This document shows positions 1 through 10,314 of a stretch of 57,195 nt of DNA, one piece after another. Numbering within the stretch: the stretch's first letter is position 1; each line of letters opens with the position of its first letter. The translations under genes were made by a program, and so were the position numbers. This stretch comes from Prorocentrum cordatum (lineage: Eukaryota): NCBI GenBank assembly GCA_963575745.1, contig CAUYUJ010000041.1, positions 62,001-119,195 on the forward strand, read 5' to 3'. Below the pieces are notes generated by a model. It was given only the letters and a program-made list of their open reading frames with translations. It was not told the origin of the DNA and made no database searches.

Positions 1-661
1 CCAGGGCGTAACGAAGGCAGCACGCGGAGAACCGAACACCTAACGAAGACGGAGCACGCTGTGGAGCTCGAGCCCAGCTCTGGCCCTCACCGGGCGACAA
101 CGCGCCCGTTGCGAAGGGAATGGCAGCCACAGACATCTTGCCGCTCCCATTTTTTGGACGCGTGGGGGCCCAGCGGTCCAGACCAGGTCCCTGCAGGGCC
201 CGTTCTGCGCCCTGCGTCGTGCTTGGACGGCCCCGATGCCCAGCGAGGGCCCCGGGAGGCCGAGTTACGTTGCATCTTCGGGGGACCTCGCCTGTCCCCC
301 AAATTGGTGTCTTTTCTTGTGCCCAACGCGGGCTCGATGCGGACTCGACGCGGATTTGGCGTGGATTTGACGCGGATTCGCCACGGAGTTGACACGGATC
401 CGACGAGTCCGACACGGATTCGACACGGATTCGACTCGGACATGGCTGCGACGGGATAGACAAGGCCCCCCGAGGATGCAACACAAGCCGAGCACGGCCC
501 GAAACCCGCCGCTCCAAACAGTTTGGTGGAGCCTTGGACCCTGAGATCCGACACTGGACAGCAAAAGGATGCAGCCTCGCAGAAGATCACCACCGGAGCC
601 CCGAATACCATCTTTCTGCGTCATTTTTCGAGCCGGATCGATCCGTGTGAGGGTCTTGAGG

Positions 662-827
662 CTCGGACGGGTGGTAATGGGGGGTTGGCCCAAAGATGGG
701 GTGAAGACAATGGCCTTAAAGGGGCCCTTTTGGGCATCAGTGGGCTCCAGAAGGGACCCTAAAGTGCCCCTTTGGGGTCCTTCTCTTCACCCCCCATTTG
801 GGTCACCCCCATTACCACCCGCCCGAG
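662..827. mobile_element. Short non-autonomous TIR element (MITE-like)
   Basis: Left end CTCGGACGGGTGGTAATGG matches the reverse complement of right end CCATTACCACCCGCCCGAG at 18/19. AGG lies on both flanks (possible 3-bp TSD). No coding capacity. Confidence 0.65.
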
Positions 828-1750
828 AGGCCCGAAATGGAGCGAACAAACAACCGCTGTGAAATATTTGCCGCGCTAATGAGGATCTCAAGAGAACTAG
901 CACGCCAGGAGAAGGAGGAGGAGAAGGAGGAGGAGGACGAGGACGAGGAGGAGGAGGAGGAGGAGGAGGAGGAGGACGGGGAGGAGTGGAGTGGAGTGGA
1001 GCAACCCACTCAATGCCCCCGCCGCCCTGGGCCAACCGTGAGGACCATCACGGCTGGAGTCGGCACGAGCTCGCATAGGAGTCTTACCGCGGCGAAACGC
1101 TCAAAAGGCGACGCGCGCCATTTAAGGCAGCAGCGCCGCGAAGCGCGGCAGACGCGCGAAAAAGGCTGGAGACGTACCCGACACGCGCGCCAGGGGCGCC
1201 ACGTGCGCCAGGAGGCAGCAGCTAAGCCGGTAAGCCGCTCTACAAGCGCGTTCTGACATTTCGAGGCCTCCGATAACGACACGCCGCGCGTGCCGCCCCG
1301 ATTAGCCACCCGAGGGGCACTGCTCCCTCGGGGACGGCCCGCCCCCACGCACGCCACGGTGGGGGACCGTGACCGTGGGAAGAATGGACGGGGATCCTCC
1401 GATTAGCCCCCCCCGCATAGAGAACCCGCGACACCACCCTTGCCCCAGCGGAGTACTGGGAGGGCCACGCAAGGGTGTCGCATCAAAACGTTGCAGAGCC
1501 ACAACCCAGGCACGGAACACGGAAGGAAAAGCCGTGCATTGAAGCCCTGGACTGCCCCCGCCCGCCACAAGGACGAGTCGGGCACAGCCCCGAGACCCCA
1601 GGCGCGACCCTTCCCCCGTGGCGCAGGCTGGGACGGCCTAGGACTACCTTTTTCTCTTCCCCAGGGTCCCGAAGGAGCACCTGGGGTGACGAACGGGAGT
1701 CAACCCGCTTGTTTGCCTGGGGAGGGATCGCAGTGGCACATGTGCCGCAG

Positions 1751-1945
1751 GACGAGGAGGAGGAAGGGAAGGAGGAGGATGAGGAGGAGGAGGACGGGAA
1801 GGAGGAGGAGGAGGAGGAGGAGGAGGAGGAGGAGGAGGAGGAGGAGGAGGAGGAGGAAGGGGAGGAGGAGGAGGAGGACGAGGAGGAGGAGGAGGAGGAG
1901 GAGAAGGACGAGGAGGACGAGGAGGAGGAGGAGGAGGAGGAGGAG
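1751..1945. repeat. (GGA)n microsatellite tract
   Basis: Near-pure GAG/GGA run. Similar GGA/CCT tracts occur at 915-975, 5927-6092, 6825-7100, 7300-8830, 10806-10960, 17370-17510, 32330-33745, 36660-36930 and 56045-56650. Confidence 0.95.
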
Positions 1946-2137
1946 GCCTCCGGTCCTCGCGCCCCTCTGACGGCGCACCCGGCCCTCGGGACCACGTGGG
2001 CCTTGGCGCTCCGGCGCGGCGAGGCCGCGCAGCTGTGGAGCGGCGGAGCCCCCGTGCCCTGCGGCGGCGCTGCGGGCGGCGCGGCCGCCGCCGACGGGGG
2101 CTACCCGCTGGCAGCGGTGGCCGTCGCGCCCGCGGAG
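1946..2137 (+). CDS. Candidate exon of gene A (hypothetical protein): ...AAQLWSGGAPVPCGGAAGGAAAADGGYPLAAVAVAPAE
   Basis: Unique sequence with very high GC3 in the frame of ORF 1475..2173. Ends GAG|GC (phase-0 GC donor at 2138). The 5' boundary is uncertain (AG|G acceptors at 1751, 1946 or 2024). Confidence 0.55.
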
Positions 2138-2175
2138 GCTCGATCCTCAGACGCTGGGCTTCCTAGATCCTAGAT

Positions 2176-2347
2176 TCGGGGGTGGACAGACCTCCTACCC
2201 AGACGCGTCGATTAGCGAATTGGCCGTTTTCGGTTCGCGAGAGGGCGTCGCGGCCATCATTCTTGCGGGTCCACGTCCGTCGGTTTCGGTCCGAGGCCGT
2301 TTTCACTAAAGGGAGGTTTACTAAAAGGGAGGTTTGTCCACCGCCGA
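2176..2347. mobile_element. 172-bp TIR element with 5-bp TSD (TAGAT), inserted in the left end of a family-A element
   Basis: TIRs TCGGGGGTGGACAGACCTCC / GGAGGTTTGTCCACCGCCGA match at 18/20. TAGAT at 2171-2175 and 2348-2352. A related copy lies at about 31937-32096. Confidence 0.75.
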
Positions 2348-2586
2348 TAGATGGGGTCGGAGTAGATGGGGTCGGAGGATTACGCCGCATCACCGATGCA
2401 TCGCCGATGCGGCTCGATTTGCAGCCTGATTTGCCCCTCGTCGACGTCGCCGATGCATCCATCGCCGTCATCTGCGGTGCATCGCCGGTGCATCGCCGGT
2501 GCATCGCCGATGCATAGCCGATACATCGGCGATGCGGCGCGATCCTTCGACCGCATCTACTCCGACCCCATCTAGGAGGCCTCTAC
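2348..2586. mobile_element. MITE family A (TIR TAGATGGGGTCGGAGTAGATGGGGTCG, internal GCATCGCCGAT repeats)
   Basis: Ends are reverse complements of each other. Further copies at about 5252-5496, 40541-40774 and partial 51005-51135. Confidence 0.8.
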
Positions 2587-2863
2587 AGACCCAGCCCCCT
2601 CGCGATGTGAACAAAATTGCGACGGACGGTTTCTTCCATTACTTTCGGCCTCCCAGCAGGGCCCTTACCGGGCCGCGGGACCGTCAAACATCGACTCGGG
2701 ATGAGAAGCCGGTCCCGGGGAAGGGGTCCACACCGTCGACGAATCCAGGCGTCGGGGGTCTGGGTCCCCAGAGGAGGAAAGCTACGGCAGGCTTCCGCGG
2801 AGGAACAGGCATCCATCCTTTGCCTCGCTTTCCTCGCCAGCGGAAGAGGTTTCAGCTACCCTT

Positions 2864-3196
2864 CAGAGCCCCGAATCATCAGGGGTAACTCGGGTCAGGG
2901 ATAACTCGGGTTCCTTTTTTCGGGAATCCAAACCCGAGTTACCCCGGACCCGAGTTACCCCGGATAACTCGGGCGTCCAGAGCCCCGAATCATCAGGGGT
3001 AACTCGGGTCAGGGATAACTCGGGTTCTTTTTTTCGGGAATCCAAACCCGAGTTACCCCGGACCCGAGTTACCCCGGATAACTCGGGCGTCCAGAGCCCC
3101 GAATCATCAGGGGTAATTCGGGTCAGGGATAACTCGGGTTCTTTTTTTCGGGAATCCAAACCCGAGTTACCCCGGACCCGAGTTACCCCGGATAAT
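2864..3196. repeat. 114-bp tandem repeat (about 2.9 copies) with internal 15-bp inverted repeat
   Basis: CAGAGCCCCGAATCATCAGG starts at 2864, 2978 and 3092. Each unit has GGGGTAACTCGGGTC ... GACCCGAGTTACCCC. Confidence 0.95.
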
Positions 3197-4019
3197 TCCT
3201 TTTCCCCTCTTGGGCCTCCTGGGAGGCCCTTCGTCGCCACCGCCGGCTTCGCCTCGAGATCTTTGTCGGAGCGCACCCCGGGAGAGGTCCTGGGAGCAGC
3301 GGTACGGTAGGTCTGCGTCGTGTCGACCAGCGGCGACCCCAGCGCGGGCGTTCAAGGTTGAACGCCGCCGGCGACCCAGAATCGGTCGATGTTGAACGAT
3401 CGGACGTTGCGGCAGCGGCCGATCGTTCAAGGTTGAACGATCCCTTCGGTGTCAAAAACCAACGCTGGGGTCGGCACGACGCGAACCCGCCGTAGCTTCG
3501 GTAGGTCGGCGTTGTTTCCACCGGCGGCGACCCCGCCGCCGGCGATTCCGATGTCATCGGATGGGGGGAGGTTCCGACTGTTCCCGGGAGTGTTTTTGGA
3601 ATTTTTCGATCTTCGGGGCGGTTGCCGTCAGTGGCGCCTCGTCGAGTGTGCCCCCCGCGGTGCCAGAATCGTCCCGAGGACGGAGGGCGGAGCCAGGACC
3701 CGAAGACCACGTGGCAGCCTTAGGGGTGGGTTCAGTTCACCGGCATCGGCCGGGGCGGGCCCGAGCCGAGCGCAGCCAATTCCGTTGTCGAGCCGATTTG
3801 GGACGGCCCGTTGGCGATTCGGCCCGCTTCCGATCCCACCCGATTTCGCGAGTCGCTCCAGCTCGGGCCTGCCTCCTCTGTCGTCCAGCTTTGAGGCTTC
3901 GAGGTCTCTTCGGGCGTTGTCTTCGGTTCCCAGAGGCTCCTCCAGCCTCGGGGTGCCTGCTTGCCGCCGCGCCTCGCCGAGGGCGTTCCCGGGGTGCCCT
4001 GGTCGTCCTCCCGATCTGC

Positions 4020-4167
4020 CGACGGACCTGTCCCTCTACAGGGGGAACATTCAAAAAGTCTGGGGACTATTTTTTGAGTATTTTTTTGTTTACCATTTTG
4101 GAGTATGTTTGTTTAGTATTCTTTGTTTTTCGTCGAAAATCTCCCCTGTAGGGGGACACGCCCGACT
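4020..4167. mobile_element. MITE family B (AGTCGGGCATGTCCCTCTACAGG...CCTGTAGGAGGACATGCCCGAC), AT-rich core
   Basis: Paired terminal motifs. The left end of this copy is degenerate. At least 9 copies in the window. Confidence 0.75.
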
Positions 4168-4489
4168 TAGGCCATTCGTAGATCTGCAGTCGATCCCCTA
4201 CTCGAAGTTGAAGAAATCGGGGGCGAGCGAGGGGGGGAAGTGGGAAGCAGAAGGTCTTATCAGAAGGCGACCCTCGCGCCTTTGAGAGGTTTTCTGCGCC
4301 TGTGGGGAAGGCATAGAAAACTTGTCAGAAGGCCAGGGGACTTCCGAGCCTTCCGAGAAGGCCCGCGCCTTCTCACTTCCCCCCGGGCTCGCCGCTGTGA
4401 AAAGCCGTTGGTTTTACGCGTGTGCACTGAGTCTGTTCTTTCGGGTCGCGTTCAGTCTCGAACCAGGATTCTGTTGAATCGGTTGCCCC

Positions 4490-4655
4490 CGTCGTTTAAC
4501 CGACCCCTATCCCATCCTCATCCCCTTCGAGACCCCCACCAAATTACCACCCCAGTTGGGGATACACCCCTCGAAACTGGAAGGGAACGGCTTAAGGGTG
4601 AATCGGCCAGTGGGGCCCAGGTCACGCCGCTGGGGATGGGGGTCGAATAAACGAT
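4490..4655. mobile_element. TIR element (CGTTTAACCGACCCC...GGGGTCGAATAAACG)
   Basis: Imperfect TIRs. A homologous copy at about 53091-53263 shares the core GGGATACACCCCTCGAAAC. Confidence 0.6.
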
Positions 4656-4812
4656 GCTCAATTCAATTAGAGGAGGAGGTGGGAGGGAGGGAGGAGGAGA
4701 AGGAGGAGGAGCGACCTGGGCACGTGCAGAGGCTCGCTGCCTCCTGCTCGGGAGACCTTGATCTGAGCCTTTGAGGAAGAGCTGGTCCGCAATGAGCGGG
4801 GTTCGGGGCTCA

Positions 4813-4990
4813 AGAGACGGGGGTCAGTGCAAACGGGGGTCAGCCAGAGAGCCGGATCTTGCAGGATCCTGCAGAGCCAGGGTCGCACTGACCCAGGCTT
4901 GGGTGCAGGATCCTGCAGGATCTTGCAGGATCCTTCGCATTGACCCAGGTGCAGGATCTTGCAGGAATTTGCGAGGCCTGACTGACCCGG
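4813..4990. repeat. Dispersed repeat with GCAGGATC(C/T)TGCAG sub-repeats
   Basis: Homologous segment at about 26790-26905 (GACGGGGGTCA.TGCAAACGGG...CAGCCAGAG...CCGGATC). Confidence 0.7.
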
Positions 4991-5251
4991 GTCTGGATTG
5001 ACCCGGGTGAAAAGATCCCCGATGCATTCCCAGACCCCCGACGTCATGATTTTTTTTCAAAAGTCGACCCCCACAGGTCTGGACCACTCCCCCGGGACCG
5101 GTTTCCCCTCCCGAGGCGTTTCTGTTACGGCCTCGCGAGTCCCAGCGTAGTAGGCCCCCAGAGGCCGAAAAGGGCGAAATGTCCTCCCGCCGTGATTTTT
5201 GTCGCAGCGCGAGGGGGTCTGGGCTCGGAGGGGGGCGCCAAGTGTTCACCC

Positions 5252-5496
5252 TCTAGACCTCCTAGAAGGGGTCGGAGTAGATGGGGTCGAAGGATCGCAC
5301 CGCATCGCCGATGCATCGGCGATGCATCGGCGACGCGGCTCGATGCGGAGTCCGACTTTCTTCACGCCGACGTCGCCGATGCACCGCCGACGTCGCCAGT
5401 GCATCGCCGATGCATCGGCGATGCATCGCCGATGTATCGCCGATGCGGCGCGATCCGTCGACCCCATCTACTCGGACCCCATCTAGGAGGCCTCTA
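5252..5496. mobile_element. MITE family A copy
   Basis: CTAGAAGGGGTCGGAGTAGATGGGG ... CCCCATCTACTCGGACCCCATCTAGGAGG. Confidence 0.8.
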
Positions 5497-5614
5497 CACC
5501 CACACCGATCCTGGGCCGAGCATCGTTGCGACCGCCTCCCCACAGACCGACCCCGGGCCGCCAGGATGGGCCTGGCCAGGATCGGCGCGCGGCGTCGCCC
5601 GGTCCTCGGTCTCC

Positions 5615-6700
5615 CTCCTCGATCCGTCGATATCCCCTTCGATCCTGGATCGATCCTCGACCCCCCTCGATCCCCGCTCCCCCTGGACCCTGGCTATCCC
5701 CCTCCTCGATCCCTCGATCCCCCTCGATCCTCGATCGATCCGCGACCCCCCTCGATCCTCGCTCCCCCTGGATCCTGGCCGCCCCCCTCCTCGAGCCCTG
5801 CCCTCGATCCTCGACCTCCCCCGCGGGCCCTCGTCCCCGAGCCTCGATGCCCGCCCCGCTCCTCGAGGCTCTCCTCCGCAGCTGCCCACCCTCTGGGAGT
5901 GCGGTACCCTCGGGACCTGTGCTAGCCCTCCTCCTCCTCCTCCTCCTCCCCTTCCCCCTCCCTTTCCTCCTCCTCCTCCTCCTCCCCCTCCTCCTCCTCC
6001 TCCTTCTGCTCCTCCCCTTCCCCCTCCTCCTCCTCCTCCTCCTCCTCCTCCTCCTCCTCCTCCTCCTCCTCCTCCTCCTCCTCCTCCTCCTCCTTGTATG
6101 TTTGTGAGCACCGAGATCAAAACTCGGCGGCGGAGCGAGGGGGGAAGCGAGAAGGGGGAAGGCCTCCTCGGAGGGCTCGGCAGTCCCCTGGCCTTCCGAG
6201 GAAGTCTTCGGAGCCTTCCCCGAGAAGGAGCGAGGGCCTCTGAGAAGTCCCGCCGCCTTCTGAGAAGGCCGTCTCCTTCTCGCTTCCCCCCCCCCCGCTC
6301 GCCGCCGACTCATAGCACCGCCTGCGTCGTTTTTGGGGGCTTCGGTGGACCAGCACACGCGCTGGCGCCGACACCAGTGCCGAGGAGCACGCCGATCCCC
6401 AGAGGGGAGGCTCCAGAGGATGGTCGAGGATCAAGGAGATCAAATGGATCGAGGAGGGGGATGAAGGGCCGAGGGGAATCGAGGATCGAGGATCGAGGAT
6501 CGAGGAGGGGGATCGAGGATCGAGGTCAGCAGGGGGATCGAGGATAGAGGAGGGGCATCGAGGATCGAGGATGCGGACCGAGGGAGGCGCGGATCGACGA
6601 TCGAGGAACGAGGGGGGGGATCGCGGGTCGAGGATCGAGGATCGTGGAGGGTCAGTCAGAGCTCGAGGGAAGCGGGACCACGGCGCGACGATCGAGGAGG
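5615..6700. repeat. (CTCGATC)n block at 5615-5850 and the complementary (GATCGAG)n block at 6420-6700
   Basis: Degenerate 7-mer tandem repeats in opposite orientations. The same motif occurs at 30495-30575 and 34735-35050. Confidence 0.85.
6126..6307. mobile_element. MITE family C (CGGCGGCGAGC...GCTCGCCGCCG, GAAGG/CCTTC-rich interior)
   Basis: TIRs present and ACT on both flanks of this copy. Other copies at about 4218-4396, 15400-15609, 36946-37143, 41003-41196, 49830-49965 (partial) and 54016-54220. Confidence 0.75.
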
Positions 6701-7142
6701 GGCAGAGAGGATTTGGGCCGAAAATTCAAGCACGAGATCACACCACCAATACAAGCAAAGTCAAGCACAGATTTCAACACTCATCCAAAGACCGTGGAGC
6801 GTCGAGGGGCGCCGCGCCCCCGAGAGGAGGAGGAGGAGGCGGAGGAGAAGGAACGGGGAGGAGGAGGAGGAGGAGAAGGAGGAGGAGGAAGAGGAGGAGG
6901 AGGAACGGGGAGGAGGAGGAGGAGGAGGAGGAGGAATACTAATAATCCTATCAACATGAAGAAGACGAATAATAAGCATAATGCTAGTGCTAAGACGAGT
7001 TGTAATACTCATAAGAAGAATCAGAATAACAATAAGAACAACTGAAGGAGGAGGAGGAGGGAGGAGGAGAAGGGGAGGAGAGGGAGGAGGAAGGAGGAGG
7101 GACTTCGGGACGCCTCCCTCGGTGAGACGGGGCGCCCGCGAG

Positions 7143-7188
7143 GCCCAGGGCCAGGAGCTGCAGCGCGGCCTGGCGCAGAGTGCCCACG
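7143..7188 (+). CDS. Candidate micro-exon of gene A: AQGQELQRGLAQSAH(G)
   Basis: 14 of 15 codons end in G/C. Phase-0 GAG|G acceptor compatible with the donor at 2138. Either a GC donor at 7189 (phase 1) or read-through to TGA at 7197-7199. Confidence 0.55.
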
Positions 7189-7605
7189 GCGCGGCCTGAG
7201 CCGCCCACGGGCGGGACGCGGCGGCGCGCGCACGCCCCCTCCAGGGGCGGAGGCCGCTCGCCGAGGAAGCGCCCCATCTCGCCGAGAGAGGCGTCCCGAA
7301 GTTCCTCCTCCTCGTCCTCCTCCTCCTCCTCGTTCCTCCTCCTCCCTTCTCCTCCTCCACCCTCCTTCACCCTCCTCCACCCTCCTCCTCCTCCTCCTCC
7401 TCCTGCTCCTCCTCATCCTCCTCCTCCTCTTGTTCTCCTGCTGCTTCTCCCTCTCCTCCCTCCCTCCTCCCCCCTCCCTCCCTCCCCTCCCTCCTCCCTC
7501 CTCCTCCTCCTCCTCCTCCTCATCCTCCTCCCCTCCTCCTCCTCCTCCATCCTTCTCCTCCTCCTCTTCCTCCTCCTCTTCATCATCATCATCAATCACA
7601 TCACA

Positions 7606-7644
<39 letters not shown>

Positions 7645-8376
7645 GTCATCATCATCCCCTCCTCCTCCTCCTCCTCCTCCTCCTCTCCCTCCTCCTCCTC
7701 CTCCATCCGTTCCTCCTCCCCCCCCGTTCCTCCTCCTCCTCCCTCCTCCTTCCTCCTCCTCCTTCCTCCTCCTCCTCCTCCTCCTCCTCCTGCTCCTCTT
7801 CCTCCTCCTCCTCCGCCTTTGTTCGCTCGCTCGTCGAGGAAGCGTCCCGCCCCGCTCGCCGAGGAAGCGCCCCGTGTCGCCGAGGGAGGCGTCCCGAAGT
7901 TTCTCCTCCTCCCTTTTCCTCCTCCACCCTCCTCCTCTTCCGCCTCCTCTTCTTCCCTCCTGGTTCTCCCTCTCCCTCCTCCTCCTTCCTCCTCCTCCTC
8001 CTCCTCCTCCTCCTCCTCCTCGTCCTCTCTTCTCCCTTCTCCTCCCTTCTCCCCTTCTCCTTCTCCCTCCTCCTCCTCCTCCTCCTCCTCCTCCTCCTCC
8101 TCCTCCTCCTCCCTCCCCTCCTCCTCCCCCTCCCCCTCCTGCTCATCCACTTCCTCCCCCTCCCTCATCCCCCATCCCTCCACCTCCTCCTCCTCCTCCT
8201 CCTCCTCCTCCTCCCCCTCCTCCTCCTCCTCCTCCTCCTCCCCCTCCTCCCTCCTCCTCCTCCTCCTCCTCCTCCTCCTCCTCCTCCTCCTCCTCCTCCT
8301 CCTCCTCCTTCTTCTCCCTCCTCCTCCTCCTCATTATCCTCCTCCACCTCCTCATTCTCCTCCTCCTCCTCCTCGT

Positions 8377-8388
8377 CATCATCGTCAG

Positions 8389-8453
<65 letters not shown>

Positions 8454-8647
8454 GCATCATCATCATCATCATCATCATCAGCATCAGCATCAGCATCAGC
8501 ATCATCATCAGCATCAGCATCAGCATCATCAGCATCAGCATCAGCATCATCGTCAGCATCATCATCAGCATCAGCATCAGCATCATCATCATCATCATCA
8601 TCATTGTCATCATCATCACCATCATCAGCATCATCATCATCACCATC

Positions 8648-8691
<44 letters not shown>

Positions 8692-8730
8692 TATCATCAT
8701 CATCATCACCAGCATCATCATCATCACCAT
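8377..8730. repeat. (CAT)n/(CAGCAT)n microsatellite
   Basis: Direct reading. Related (GAT)n tracts at 28618-29050 and 56680-57195. Confidence 0.95.
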
Positions 8731-9539
8731 CTTCCGCCTCCTCCTCCTCGTCCTCCTCCTTCTCCTCCTCCTTCTCCCCGTTCCTCCTCCTCCCCCCGTT
8801 CCTCCTCCTCCTTCTCCTCCTGCTCCCCTTCCTCCTGCTCCGCCTTTGGTTGCTCACTCGTCGAGGAAGTGTCCCGCCCCGCTCGCCGAGAGAGCATCCC
8901 GAAGCTTGTCGTGTGCTCATCGTGCTTACGGACCACATGCCAGAACTCGTGTCGAGCACCCAGATCGAACAAAAACATACCAGACATCAACATACATGTT
9001 TGACGCGGAGTACCAAACGTTTTTCCTTATGGCGTTGAGCTTCCTTCTACCAGATTCGGTAGCAAATCATGGGATCCTGGTGTGCCCTCTTAATTCCGTC
9101 TTTAGCGTCTAGTTGCGTCGAGTATCGTCTTGGAGTCGGAGGCGCCGATTCAGTGTCGGTCAGCGTCGTCGATTAGCGTCGAGCTAGCGTCGATGTAGCG
9201 TCGATTAGCGTCGATTCGCCATAGCCGACACGATGGTATGAGAGGATCCCGTGAGTTGCCACCGAACCCAGAAGGGTCTCGAAGCAGTATTTGCCCGAGA
9301 GGCTGGCGAAGCCTCCAGCGACTCGCCTCCAAGGGCCCCGCACGTGAAAGCCTCCTCCAGTTTCGGTATTTTCTTGGAGCTCAATATTTTCTCTAGTGAC
9401 CGAAGCTAACGTAGGTTGGAACATCATAGACCGAAACAGTTTTGTGGGTAGGCGTTTTTTTAATGTGGGGCTTTAGCAGTTGGCCGAAGGGTGGGGAAAG
9501 GGGGGGGAGGTCTGGCTCTGGGCTGGTGCTTCTGAGCAG

Positions 9540-9618
9540 GCGCAGCCTGGCCTCGTCTCATTCCAGCGTTCCCTGGGATGCCTAACCACGACCCCAAGCG
9601 GGGGGGACGTGGATATAG
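9540..9618 (+). CDS. Candidate exon of gene A: (G)AAWPRLIPAFPGMPNHDPKRGGRGY(R)
   Basis: CAG|G acceptor (phase 1) and AG|GT donor at 9619 (phase 2). Phases fit both neighbouring candidates, but GC3 is only moderate. Confidence 0.4.
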
Positions 9619-9654
9619 GTTGGCGGTGAACGCGCACTGCGGCCACGTGCACAG

Positions 9655-9795
9655 GAGGGTAAGGGGAGGGGGGAAGGCTTCTTAGAAGGAGGCTGGTTCT
9701 TTGAAAGCGCGGGCCGCGTCTAGAGATGTAGAGCTGGCGCCTTCTAAGAAGCAGCCTCCTTCTAAGAAGCCTCCCCCCCTCCCCCCACCCCCTTT
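9655..9795. mobile_element. Palindromic short element (GAAGGCTTCTTAGAAG...CTTCTAAGAAGCC)
   Basis: Inverted ends. Homologous copy at about 36003-36150. Confidence 0.65.
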
Positions 9796-9826
9796 CATGC
9801 GCGCCGCCAACAGCATCGATTCGCAG

Positions 9827-9953
9827 GAATGGGCGGAACACGTGGGAACTGGAGGTGGAGACGAGCTTCCAGAGGACATGGACAAATACGGGGGAATTCT
9901 GCGATGCGTGCCCACTTTTTCGCCTGTCCCTGGGCACCTTCAAGCACGTCTGA
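9827..9953 (+). CDS. Candidate terminal exon of gene A: NGRNTWELEVETSFQRTWTNTGEFCDACPLFRLSLGTFKHV*
   Basis: TTCGCAG|G acceptor (phase 2), 31/41 codons GC3, protein-like composition, TGA at 9951-9953. Confidence 0.45.
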
Positions 9954-10153
9954 CCTCGCCCTCGCCGACGTGTGGAATCCGCACCACCGCCCCAACCCAT
10001 AAGTGGGGCCTTCGGGCTGGGTTGGGGTGGCCCGGCAGGTGGCCAGCCTCTCCCCGCCCCCTGCGCGTGGCCCGAGGGCCCCTCGGACGCTCCGAGGGCC
10101 CCCCCTTCGAGAAACTCCCTGCCGCCAGATGCTGGCACTCCGAGATGAGCCGG

Positions 10154-10314
10154 GTGTTGCTAGAAGTACCCCTGGCCCAAGGCACCCCCAGGATTCTCGG
10201 GTTGGCCCGGACGGCCTGCAGGTGCACCCCTCACGAGGCCCAGGGGGCCCCGGGGGCTCCAAAATGGAGCGAAAAGCTGGGGGCACCGTGGGCCAGGGGC
10301 ACTTCTAGCAACAC
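10154..10314. mobile_element. MITE with about 38-bp TIRs (GTGTTGCTAGAAGTACCCCTGGCCCA...)
   Basis: The right end CTGGGGGCACCGTGGGCCAGGGGCACTTCTAGCAACAC is a near-perfect reverse complement of the left end. Confidence 0.75.

Noticed and set aside
7180..9112. Long ORFs (607 and 560 aa), and likewise 24546-26672, 5192-6547, 18957-20075 and 32742-33449
   Set aside because: Translations of stop-free microsatellites or satellites (poly-P/S/H/L/E); open in several frames.
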